Source: a virus (Duplodnaviria; Caudoviricetes). Taken from it: a stretch of 41,804 nt of DNA. The position numbers were made by a program, and so were the translations under genes. Below the pieces are notes generated by a model. That model searched no databases. It saw only the letters and a list, made by a program, of their open reading frames with translations, and had not been told where the DNA came from. The DNA lies in IMG/VR virus record IMGVR_UViG_3300022591_000022, positions 1-41,804 of that record. One strand, written 5' to 3'. Positions 9,965 through 20,600 of this stretch are shown here, in pieces. Within the stretch, counting starts at the first letter, position 1, and every line of letters begins with the position of its first letter.

Positions 9965-10021
9965 TAAAAATAGGCCTATGTACAGATTATATAGCCTTTC
10001 AGCTAATTGTACAAGGCCTAT
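9965..10021 (-). terminator. Long bulged hairpin with GAAA tetraloop and U-tract (putative intrinsic terminator)
   Basis: Minus strand ATAGGCCT-TGTACA-ATT-AGCT-GAAA-GGCT...AAT-C-TGTACA-T-AGGCCTAT followed by TTTT. Confidence 0.6.
9986..10014 (-). promoter_or_regulatory. Putative sigma70-type promoter TTGTAC-N17-TATAAT embedded in the hairpin
   Basis: -35 at 10014-10009, exactly 17-nt spacer, perfect -10 at 9991-9986; the overlapping CTATATA could instead be a late-promoter variant. Confidence 0.55.
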
Positions 10022-10045
10022 CTTGGCTTTTAAATAATTTTTAGT

Positions 10046-10708
10046 TTATTTTGGACCGTTTGGATTCATGTTTGGATGAACCGGGAATGGAATTTTCCAA
10101 TGATCAACACCAGCATATGTAACATCAAGATTTTTTAAGAAATCTCTAAATGCTGTAATCTCTGCTAATTGTTCGCCATGGTATTTTCCTGAAGCAACAG
10201 CTTCTTCCATTGCTGGAATTGATGTAGCAGATGCTTGGAAAAATGCCTGTCTTGAAATAGCATGAGTTCTCATACGTGGACGAATCCATTCGTTTGTTTC
10301 CTCTTTATAATACATATCGTTTGTATAAAAAGGTTGTGCCAAACCACCATGTTCGTCATCATAGTAATACTCATATACTTCACCTGTTGGTAAAGTTTCG
10401 ACATAGTTTGGAACTGATTCGTGTGTATACTCGTGTGTCAAGTGCGCGGCTTCCCAAGTATGAACTTCACCATCAAGAATAACTTGTCTGTGATCTTCAT
10501 ACGCAAGTGCTTCGTCTGACAATTTGAATGGCTCGATCTCTTCCAATGTGTCACCTTTTCTGTCTACACAGAACACATGGCCATCTTTATTTTCAATTCT
10601 TACCAAGATATATCTTGGGCCAGTGTACACGCAATCTACAGTGATATTCTTACTAGTAGATGTTTTGTATGGCTCATCTGGTAAAATTGTTACAAATGGT
10701 TTTCTCAT
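10046..10708 (-). CDS. Putative tail-fibre assembly chaperone-like protein (220 aa)
   Basis: C-terminal EITAFRDFLKNL...WKIPFPVHP resembles the YRQxLRDLP...WPxxP motif of phage tail assembly chaperones; lies directly downstream of the fibre-tip-like genes. Confidence 0.55.
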   Translation of the reverse strand: MRKPFVTILPDEPYKTSTSKNITVDCVYTGPRYILVRIENKDGHVFCVDRKGDTLEEIEPFKLSDEALAYEDHRQVILDGEVHTWEAAHLTHEYTHESVPNYVETLPTGEVYEYYYDDEHGGLAQPFYTNDMYYKEETNEWIRPRMRTHAISRQAFFQASATSIPAMEEAVASGKYHGEQLAEITAFRDFLKNLDVTYAGVDHWKIPFPVHPNMNPNGPK

Positions 10709-10711
10709 AAT

Positions 10712-11701
10712 TTAATTCCTTGAAATGAATGTTATTCTTACTAATCCTTGTCCGCCTTTGGTTCCGTTATCTCTAACGTCACCGCAAGGCTGAGCTGGTA
10801 CACCGCCAAATGCTGGTGGCATCAATGGGAAGCAACCTTGTGTATCGTAACAACCACAACTTCTTGTGGAGTTCCAACATTGTTGCCACATAATACCACG
10901 TGCTGGCGATCTGGATGCTACGTTGATTGTATGTATCGATTGGAACACGCCCATACCTGACCATTCTGAGAAACCGTTGTCTCCCTCGGTCATATATGTA
11001 ACAACTCCGCCATCACAGGCAAACATGCCTGGTGGAATTGCCAAGTGATACTTTGTCGAACATGGGCAATTGCTGTAGCAAGTATCCATTGTTGTGCAAG
11101 AGAATCCGCCGTATTTGTTGATATCCCCACCATAGGCTGCCGCACAGCATTGTGCTGTACCAGAACCATAGTTACAAACAATACCGCAACCTGAACCAGT
11201 CAATGTTGCACAGTAGTTATTAGAGATAAAACAGCAAATCAATGTTCCTGATGGATTACAGAATGTAACGCCACCACGTCCGCCCTCTGCACAGACACAT
11301 CCGTTTACGGCAGCACCACCGTTTCGGTTTACGCCAAACCAACAAACTTGTGTAGGCTCTGAACAACCACGGAAACATAGTGTTGAAGCATTATTACAGC
11401 TAGTTCCAATGTCGCCGCAGATAAAGCAACCTGCTACAACACAGATACATTTACGTGACCATGCACCAGGATTTCCAGGAAGGCCACCACCGCAACAGCA
11501 CATACGTGCTCCGCTGCCGCCAGCTCCCCATACGTCAAGGATAACACGACCTGTACTACAAGCGATCCAGCAAAATCCTGTTAGGAATTTTGTATATTCT
11601 GTTGCTGGGCTAAATGAATAAATTTGACCTTTTTCAAGGTTATTCATGTCCCAGTCAATTTGATCTAATTTCTTTTCAACGAGTGCTTTTAAAGTAGACA
11701 T
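10712..11701 (-). CDS. Cys-rich Gly-rich-domain virion protein, paralogue 3 (about 329 aa)
   Basis: LEKG...WGAGGSGARMCCC...GGQGLVRITF; about 33 Cys by hand count; start moved to MSTL at 11701, just after the upstream stop and matching the paralogue N-terminus. Confidence 0.75.
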   Translation of the reverse strand: MSTLKALVEKKLDQIDWDMNNLEKGQIYSFSPATEYTKFLTGFCWIACSTGRVILDVWGAGGSGARMCCCGGGLPGNPGAWSRKCICVVAGCFICGDIGTSCNNASTLCFRGCSEPTQVCWFGVNRNGGAAVNGCVCAEGGRGGVTFCNPSGTLICCFISNNYCATLTGSGCGIVCNYGSGTAQCCAAAYGGDINKYGGFSCTTMDTCYSNCPCSTKYHLAIPPGMFACDGGVVTYMTEGDNGFSEWSGMGVFQSIHTINVASRSPARGIMWQQCWNSTRSCGCYDTQGCFPLMPPAFGGVPAQPCGDVRDNGTKGGQGLVRITFISRN

Positions 11702-11702
11702 A

Positions 11703-12944
11703 TTAGTACGTGTTGCCTCCATCTGTTGGGATATATTTAATTCTTACTGCTCCCATACCGCCACGTCCTGCGTGATCGCGAACACCGCCGCATGGTGATG
11801 GAGGACTACCCGGAACTCCATATGGCATATATTGTGTACAACCTTGCATTTCATAACATCCGCAACCGTGGTTGTTATTCCAACATGTAAAGTTAGCAAG
11901 ATATCCAGGAGCTCTACTTGCATTAGCAACAGCATTGATTTGATTCATCAATGCTTGACCTGACCATTGAGATAGACCAGAACCGTCTGATTCTGTTGTA
12001 TAGCTCATAGTCAATCCTTCTTCAGCAAATACACCTGCCGCTGTTGGCACATGATATTGGAATCCGCAGAAGCAGTTTGGCAAGCACTGGTTAAAGTTTA
12101 CACATGACCAGCCGCCACAGCAGTTTACATCACCACCGTAGCCGCAAGCAAGGAATGATGTACTACCAGCATCGTATGGTTGATAATTACAAATCATACC
12201 ACAAGCTGAACGTGCAGTATCACACATGTTGTGCTGAGCACCAATTTTACTACCGCAGAAGTTGTTGGTAATCCAGCATGAATATACTGACTTATCATCG
12301 ATACAGTAGCTAATACCACCTTTACCACCTTGTGCGCAAATACAACCGTTAGTAGTACCGCAAGCGTAGCAACGTGAGTTATCATAAGTTTGTGTAACAC
12401 CGCCCGGGCCAATACAGTTACCACCTACCCAACCGCATGGACCTTGAGGCTGTGTTGGAGCAAAGTTAGAACTAACGTCTGCAGGGAAACCGTTTTGGTT
12501 GCCCCAACCCCATGGGTTATTACCTTTCCAAGATTCTTGGCGACCTGGATAAGAACCACCTTCATATAGTGGGCAAGGAGAAACACCGTACCAGCATACG
12601 CAAGTTGCTTCAGAGCAACCACGGAAACATAGTGCTGAACTGTTATTACAAGAGCGTCCAATGTAGCCGCAAACATAGTTTGTTGGGCATACACAAATAC
12701 ATTTTTTAACATAAGCTGGTGCATTACCTGGCAAACCTACACCACAGCAACACATCTGTGCGCCTGACCCGGCAGCACCCCAAGCTTCAATGATCGCATA
12801 ACCGCATCCTGGTGGTTTCCAGCAGAAACCATTACAGAATGAAGTATACATATTACCTTCAGAATAAACCCAAATACGACCTTTTTCAAGGTTGTCATTA
12901 TAGGCTAATTCTCTATTACCTAATAATTGTGTTAGTGTTGACAT
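11703..12944 (-). CDS. Cys-rich Gly-rich-domain virion protein, paralogue 2 (413 aa)
   Basis: LEKG...WGAAGSGAQMCCC...VRDHAGRGGMGAVRIKY; about 40 Cys by hand count; carries a central insertion relative to its paralogues. Confidence 0.75.
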   Translation of the reverse strand: MSTLTQLLGNRELAYNDNLEKGRIWVYSEGNMYTSFCNGFCWKPPGCGYAIIEAWGAAGSGAQMCCCGVGLPGNAPAYVKKCICVCPTNYVCGYIGRSCNNSSALCFRGCSEATCVCWYGVSPCPLYEGGSYPGRQESWKGNNPWGWGNQNGFPADVSSNFAPTQPQGPCGWVGGNCIGPGGVTQTYDNSRCYACGTTNGCICAQGGKGGISYCIDDKSVYSCWITNNFCGSKIGAQHNMCDTARSACGMICNYQPYDAGSTSFLACGYGGDVNCCGGWSCVNFNQCLPNCFCGFQYHVPTAAGVFAEEGLTMSYTTESDGSGLSQWSGQALMNQINAVANASRAPGYLANFTCWNNNHGCGCYEMQGCTQYMPYGVPGSPPSPCGGVRDHAGRGGMGAVRIKYIPTDGGNTY

Positions 12945-13964
12945 TTAGTAAGCGCCTCCGAATCTAGCACATTGTTGTTCCATCCAGTTAGATCCTCTAT
13001 ACGTCAAACGAATCATTCCCATACCACCACGTTTGCCATGGTCACGTACATCTGGACATGGGAAAGGTGGAGTACCACCAACGCCGTATGGTACGTATGG
13101 CGCACAACCTGTATTTTCATAACATCCGCATGATTGAGCACCGTTCCAGCAAGTAGTATGTGGAATACCGCCTGTTGGCCAACGTGAAGTTGCGCTCAAT
13201 GCGTGACCTGTTTGTTTATAACCTCTTCCGCTCCACTGATCGAATTCATTATCATCGTCAAAGGTAAATGCCATAACGGCACCTTTTTCTGCAAAAATTC
13301 CAGGAGCAACTGCAACATAAACTTCTGTTTGACATGGGCAAGTTGGGCAACAGCCTTTAAATGCCACATAACTAACACCACCGCAACAGTTGATATCGCC
13401 ACCATATCCGCAACCAATAAATCCACCAGGACATTGATTGCATACAATAGCGCAGTTTGCGTTTGGTAACTGTGTTGTGCAGAATGTGCAGTATAGATAA
13501 CAGCAGTAAGCAGATGTTCCTGTTGAACAAATGCTAATACCACCTCTGCCGCCTTGAGCACACATACAGCCGTTAGTTGAACCACATAAATCTCTAGCGT
13601 TACCCCAACGTAAGTACGAAGGAATACCGCAACCATCAAAACACAAAGAACCAGCTGGACATGATTGTCCTGGGCAAGCACAAATATAGCTTCCGCAATA
13701 GACAGCTAGTGTTTTTTTAGTATATCCAGGAGCATTGCCTGGAAGTCCGAATCCGCAACAGCACATTCTTGAACCAGAACCTGCCGCGCCCCACATTTCA
13801 ATTGTCAATGTACCACAACCAGGGGAAGCCCAGCAGTACATGTAGTCGCTTCGAATACAAGAGTACATGCTGGTCGGCGTTACCGTCCAGACCTTGCCTT
13901 TCTCCAGATTAGTGGTGTTGGCAGTGATCTCTCTTGTAGACAAAAGGTCAGATAGTTTAGCCAT
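12945..13964 (-). CDS. Cys-rich Gly-rich-domain virion protein, paralogue 1 (339 aa)
   Basis: LEKG...WGAAGSGSRMCCC...VRDHGKRGGMGMIRLTY; about 36 Cys by hand count. Confidence 0.75.
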   Translation of the reverse strand: MAKLSDLLSTREITANTTNLEKGKVWTVTPTSMYSCIRSDYMYCWASPGCGTLTIEMWGAAGSGSRMCCCGFGLPGNAPGYTKKTLAVYCGSYICACPGQSCPAGSLCFDGCGIPSYLRWGNARDLCGSTNGCMCAQGGRGGISICSTGTSAYCCYLYCTFCTTQLPNANCAIVCNQCPGGFIGCGYGGDINCCGGVSYVAFKGCCPTCPCQTEVYVAVAPGIFAEKGAVMAFTFDDDNEFDQWSGRGYKQTGHALSATSRWPTGGIPHTTCWNGAQSCGCYENTGCAPYVPYGVGGTPPFPCPDVRDHGKRGGMGMIRLTYRGSNWMEQQCARFGGAY

Positions 13965-13977
13965 TTCTTATTCCTAA

Positions 13978-14304
13978 TTATGGTCCAATGAATACCCAGC
14001 CAAATGTTGCGCCGGAATAGATCATTGTGATTGCCGCGTTACTTAAATTTAATGTCATATCTTCTGCAAGGTTTTGGATCTTTAAACCGTTACGTAGAAC
14101 TGTAACGTTATTGATACTGAAAACACCTGCAACGTCAATAATTTGAATTGTGTCACCGTCGTTCGGAGAAGATGGCAATGTGATGTTGAAGCCTCCTCCA
14201 GTTGCGTTGACGAACAGACGCTCACCTGAGTTCGCTGTATAGGCAGTAGTAATTGTCTTGTTTACAACACTATCTGTACCGAAGGATGATACCTGACGTC
14301 CCAT
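13978..14304 (-). CDS. Small fibre/baseplate connector domain protein (108 aa)
   Basis: YTAxxGxxxFVNxTGGxFNITLPSSPxxGDTIxIIDxxGxFxxNNVTVxRNG...Y...GW, similar to repeat units of T4 gp34/gp9-10-like proteins. Confidence 0.65.
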   Translation of the reverse strand: MGRQVSSFGTDSVVNKTITTAYTANSGERLFVNATGGGFNITLPSSPNDGDTIQIIDVAGVFSINNVTVLRNGLKIQNLAEDMTLNLSNAAITMIYSGATFGWVFIGP

Positions 14305-14323
14305 TTTATAGTTCTCCTAAATA

Positions 14324-14653
14324 TTATGTCAATGAAGTTTCAATGCCCATAACCGTAAACGAGATGTTTGCGGTACTCGCATAAACTACAATTTTGTTAG
14401 TGGCGCTTGCCAATAAACCGGTTCTTTCTAGCACACCGTTTGAACCAATAATTGAGTCGAATTCGATAAATTCTTGGTTGTTTGGACTAGTTGGCGGTGT
14501 TACGCTACTAATCGCAATTCTAACAGTAGCTTGCGAAGTACCACGGTTTACCGCGGCAATCGAAAGTGCTGTAAAATTGTTGGCAGGAACAGTATACGCT
14601 AACGTATATACCTGTGCTGCCGGGGAAGTTTGTCCTAATAATCCTGATGCCAT
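14324..14653 (-). CDS. Small virion adaptor-like protein (109 aa)
   Basis: YTVPA...N...IEFD...LERTG...IVVY; similar to 29703-30035 and 32840-33208; GGAG SD. Confidence 0.6.
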   Translation of the reverse strand: MASGLLGQTSPAAQVYTLAYTVPANNFTALSIAAVNRGTSQATVRIAISSVTPPTSPNNQEFIEFDSIIGSNGVLERTGLLASATNKIVVYASTANISFTVMGIETSLT

Positions 14654-14666
14654 TATCGATTCTCCA

Positions 14667-17600
14667 TCAATTATTCAATAAAAAGTAATTTAAAGCCATT
14701 GCAGTACCGTCAATACCACCTTTAAAATATACCTTTGTATTTATGTTGATCTGAACAGAAGTAGTCGTAGTGATTGTCTGTCCAGCTATGTATATTACAC
14801 CTGCTGTGAGGGTATTTACGTTCAATTGTGAACCACCGCCACCAATTTGGCTAGTAATATACGCCTTGATTGCTCTTTGTGTCGGAACTACAGCGTCTGA
14901 ATTCAGTGTGAAATACGGGTCTGTTGAGAATTCACTAATAACAGCACCTGTACCGCCTAATGCCACAGAACCCAAACTCAACTGATTCAAACCAGCAATG
15001 TTAAATGCGTCTGCGTTTAGCGTTGCAACACCAGTTGCCTGTTGAACGTTAAACAATCCACCAACTCTAAAGTTACCGTCTTGGTCAGTTGATGTATAGA
15101 ATACACGACCTCCACCGTAGTTTTTAGTTTCGTTTGCAGGAATTGCATCACTCAACGGTAAACCTGGATAGTTAGTATTAGTTTGGTTACCAGTACCAAT
15201 ACTCAAGAAATCGTGTCCTGTTAGTCGAACTTGTGAATAACGTCTACGAATTGTTGTACCTGTTAGATGTTCCGGGGCTTCTGCGTTACCAATCTTAGGA
15301 CTGATCTGCAATGTAGCATTGTATGTTCCGTCTGATTTTAATACTAGTCCAGTTGTTGCAACTAGTCTATACCAAATCTTATCAATACCAGCAATCTGTA
15401 CGTTTGCACCTGGTTGCGGAATTCCTGTAAGTCCTGTGAACCCAACATAACTACTTACTTGATAGTTATCAGCATAACCGTTACCAACAATCGACGATGT
15501 AGCTGCCGCATATCCAACACCTCTGTTAGAGTATGTAGGTTGAGCTAATGCACCACTTCCTACTCTAACTGTTACTGGAGCATCTGAACCAGTATTGTTA
15601 GGATCAATAATTGTCATAGTAGGTGCGCTTGCATATCCTGAACCTGGTTCATTGATCCAAATTGAAGATATTGCACCACTAGTTACATATGCTCTAGCTT
15701 TGGTTGTTGCACCTACATTGTATTTCAATGCGTTCTTAGTACCAGCACCAACTGCTACCCACGCAGGAACTCCGTTGTAGTTTCCATAAGCATGGTTTTG
15801 ATAATCCATACTAATTGTACCAGCCATTGAACCTGAAGCAGTACTTAGAACTACAGCACTTCCGCCTTTGGTTAGTGATACACTGATTTGTGAAGTACCG
15901 TTTACGCCAACAATATAATAATAAGGACCGGTTGCTAATCCACCAATTGCTGTTCCAGCATCAAATCTAATACGCTGTCCAACTTCAACTAGTGAGTTAC
16001 TAGAACCTAGTGTAATATAGTTTGTATTCAATACAAAGTTCAATACGTTACCGCCTGTTGATCCGCCTGTTGGCAATGCAACGTTTCTGTTGTTACCATA
16101 CGCACCGCTGAACCAGTTACGTGTTGTTGACAATGCAGGACCTTCAACCCAAGTAATACCGTCTGCAGAGTAAGCAGTTCTAGTACCACCATAGCTGTAT
16201 GCTGTATATGCGCCACCACCGTAGACAACTTTGATCCACTTGGCTGCCGCGCCTGGCATTGTTGCCGCTACCCAGCTTGTACCGTTTGTTGAATAAGCTG
16301 CCTTAGTAGATGTAGTTGTTGCGCTACCGGCTACTGCCACAAACTTACCGCCACCGTATACAATAGAACTCCATGTATCTGCACTTGGCATTGTGTTACC
16401 AGCAGTCCATGTTACACCGTCTGTTGAGTAAGCACTAACTTGACTGTTACCTGTTAAACCAGCAACTACAACATAGTATGCTGTACCTGGGTTACCGTAA
16501 GCAATAGCTGTGTATTCTGTTGCGGTTGCGCTAATTGTACCGTTGGTCCATGTTACACCATCTGTTGAGTAAGCAGTACGGTTTTGTCCGCCACTAACTG
16601 CAACAAACTTTCCGCCACCGTATACCATGTCTGACCATGTACCGGTTGTTGGAATAGCGTTGATTGTACCTGCCCAAGTTACGCCGTCTGTTGAACTTGC
16701 AATGTGACGTGTATCTTGAATTAGAGCAACGTACTTGCTTGCGCCATCATATGCAATAGCAGAGTAAGTGTAACCGCCAGATACTGTTGGTAGTGTTACT
16801 GATGTCCAAGTAATACCGTCTGGTGAGCTAGCACCGTATGGAGCAGAAACGTTATCGTGGCCAATTGCAATAAACTTAGAACCTGTCCAAATTGCATCTA
16901 ACCAATAGCCACTTGCTGGCAATGTTGTTGCTGTATAAGTTGCGGCTGTAGTATCTTTGGATGTTGAAGCACCAACCACCGTTGTAAGTGCTGAGCTTCT
17001 TGGAGTCCAGTAAATACCGTCTGTTGAACTTGCGTTAGTATCTCCCCAACCGATCAAATCAAACACACCGTTTCCGTATTGGATTGACTTGTAGCCAAAC
17101 AATTCTGGAGTGTAAGTACGATTCCATGTTGCTCCGTAGTCTACAGAGTATGCCGCAATACCATTTCCAGTTGCGGCTGAGCTATCAGCTACCGCTACAA
17201 ATCTGTTGTTACCAAATGTAACATCGATCCAGTTAGCATATACCGGTAATGAAACTGTATTCCATGTAAGTCCGTCTAAAGACCATGCGGCTTTATTGCT
17301 ATATCCGCCTTGAACTACTACATATCTTGTTCCACCGTATGTAACTGCAACAGAACCTTGGCCAAATGTACCAGTAGTCCATGTTGCACCACCATTTGAG
17401 CTAACTGCTCTGTATGATGTTACTGTGTCAATTTGTGCTATTGCAACAAATTTACCGTTTCCATAAACAATGTCGTTCCATGCCGCTGATTGACCAATTG
17501 CACCTGCTGACCAGTTTATACCATCTAATGAGTAGTAGGCTGTAGCAGTACCTGTAGCTATTGCTACATAGTAACCAATACCAGCAACTGCACCGTAGTC

Positions 17601-20600
17601 AATAGCTGTGAAGTTTAATCCACTTGGCATTGCACCAGCAGTCCATGATACACCATCTGTTGAATATGCTGTGCCAGTTGTACCAGTTGCAATTGCAACA
17701 AATTTAGCTGTAACTGCTGTTCCGCTTGCGGTAACTGCTGACACACCCTGGCTACCACTAGCAACCGCTGTAACTGTAAGAGTCAAATCGTTTGCTGGGC
17801 TTGTTCCACCTAATGATGTTCCTGCAATTGTTAAAGTGTTGCCCACTGCGTATAATACGCCAGGAGCATTTGGAGTCACTGTGTATACACCGTTGATTCT
17901 AGTAACATCAAAAGATGCTAATGATCCGCTACCACCTGTGGCAGTCACGGCTGTGTATGATCCTACACCGTTACCGTAAACAATGTCAATCCAGTTTGCA
18001 CTTACAGGCAACGCAGTACTTGTTGTTGTGTATGTAGGTGCTGTGAATGACAATCTAGGTGTAATTGCGTAGGTTGTTGTTACGCCTAGCGCACTCAAAA
18101 TAGGTACACCGCTAACATGATCCCAACCGCCGCCGTACATTGTTACTGTTCCAGAAGCAGTTGATAAGTTTACAGGAGTAGAACTACCTGTAGATGCACC
18201 AAGTGTAATTTTGCTATCTGCACGTACTACGGCTGTAGTTGTTAAACCAACTGTATAGGTCAATCCTGTTGGAGTACCAGCTGTTGTTGTAATTGGTGTT
18301 CCGCCTGGTGTGTATGACAACTGGAATGATGTTCCTGTGCCGCCTGCGACCACGTAGAATACCAATCCTGCGGTTGCAGTAGTACCTGCCGCGCTGTATG
18401 TTGTTGCACCAACTGTAATAGAACCTGTACCGCCAAATGTTCCTGATAATAGGATTGCTTGGTTAGTAGCAAGTGTTGTGCTAGTACATGTAAATTGACC
18501 AGCAGTTCCTGTCAATACAAAACTCGACAATGTTGATGGAGTAATTGTTCCACTTGCACCAGATGTGTATGTAAAGTTATATGCATCAACCACTGTGATT
18601 ACTTTGGTTAGATCTGAATCTAACGCAGTACCTGTGTTGTAGATGCTAACTGTATGACCTGTTGCCAGACCGTGTGCAACGGCTGTGGTAATTGTTGCTG
18701 TACTTGAACTTCTAGCAACATAACCAATGGCAATATTTGCACTTGCTGGAACCGATTTTACATAGTATGGAGTATAAGCACTTAGACCACCAATTGCTGT
18801 ATCTAACATAACCATCAAGTTTGGATATAAGCCAGTTAGTGAACTTACAGTTACCAAGTTTGTAGTAATTGCTGTTGCTGTTACTGTAATTGGAGTAAAG
18901 CTATCTCTAACCACTGTTGCAACTTTACTTGCAGAGTTATAAGTTAAAATGTTAGCGTATTGTCCAGCACCAAGACCACCTGTTAGGTAAATTGCCATAC
19001 CTACATATGCGGCTGAACCGTTATTGTCAGCTGCCGCAATTGTAATGCTGTAGGCGTTACCACCTTGTGCTGTGTTGGCAATAGTCATGTAGTTGTAACC
19101 GCCACCGCCTGTTGAATCACCTGGATCAACTAATCGAACTTGGTATACACCGTTATCGCGGAATTCAGTAGCTGTGGCTGCCGCACTAATACCTGCACCA
19201 GAGAATGAATATGTTGCTGAAGTATATGTAGAACCTGCATTACCATATTCAAGCATCAAAATGTTATTACCGTCAGTCAACACGTTTTTAACATCAGCAC
19301 CAGCATTACGGTTGTTTACAAAACCAGTAATTGGTGTTTCTGTAACGTCAATGAATTCTGCAACAGAACCAAATGTACCGTATGAGTTGTTACCGTTAGT
19401 AGCACGGATCTTACCACCGTTTTCTGCTAGGTAACCCATGTAGTTGTAGTATGTGAACACTGAAACAAGTTCTGCACGACCTAAGTTAGTAACCCATGCA
19501 CCGATACCGTCTGACAATACTTGTGTAAAGTCGTTTGACACTATAGAATCGTTACCGCCTGCGTGTAATGAACCGTCAATTTTCTGTCCAACGCAACCAA
19601 TACCAAATGTTGTTACGTTTTGTACGTATGTTGACTTAGTAGAGACCCACACATTGCTGTCGCTTGGACCCCAACCTGGATCTAACGATACATATGCACC
19701 AGCATTTGGACGTTTTGTGTTGTATGCGCTGACTGTTGTAGTTAGGGCTGATTGATAGCCAGTTGTATTACCGTCGGAGCTACCATCTAATCCTGTCAAT
19801 GTTTGATTACGTACACCGCAACCATTACGTACATAGTAGAAGTCTTCAAGTTTAGAACCTGTTAAAGCATTTCTATAGTAACGTGCTGCCGATACAGAAG
19901 AGTAGTTACCAGTGTAAATCATATCTCTACTGATAGCTCTGATATACTCAGCAACGTCATTCTGACATCTTGCAGAGTTGTAGTAGTATGAAACTGTCAT
20001 CGAACCACTGCCAACTGACAATGTTCTTGGAGTTCCGCCGCCTAATTGGTCAACAATTTTAAATTGTGTTCCGCTGTCTACGCTGTACACATAGTAGGTT
20101 GTGTTTAATTGAACACCACCAAACAATGTTCCAGTGAATCTAATAGCATCACCTGCTACCATCCAGCTGGTAATGCCTGCTCCGCCACTCATTTGTGATG
20201 TACTAGATGCTGTTACTGTAGATTTGTATGTATAGGCAATGTAAGCTACTGCTTCTGCTTGCATGAATGCTGTATTCAAACGTAAGTTATAAGAACCATT
20301 GATACGATCAATATCAGTTGTGGCGTCAAGTGTTGACGCTACGATTGGTCTAGTACCAGTGTTGATATAACCTGTGATATCTTTCCATAATTCGTCAGCT
20401 AATACTACTGCGCCAGCCGCTACAATTTTGCTTGCCTTAGCAGAGATAAAATCAACAATAGATTGTGTTGCCGCTGATTGATTAGCAATTACATATAATG
20501 CAGACGTTGTTCCTCTACGATAAGCTAAACCGCTTTGGATTGATAGGAAGTTACTACCAAACATTAAATCGTATTGTAACGAGTCAACAATATAGCCAAC

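Noticed and set aside
10712-13964. Cys-rich paralogues as DGR targets, RiPP precursors or a sign of genetic-code reassignment
   Set aside because: No reverse transcriptase or template repeat is visible, the proteins are too long for RiPP precursors, and other genes have normal Cys usage and read through in code 11
16030-17720. Periodic nucleotide repeats resembling a CRISPR-like array
   Set aside because: They are in-frame coding repeats of beta-propeller blades (AYSTDGVTWT)
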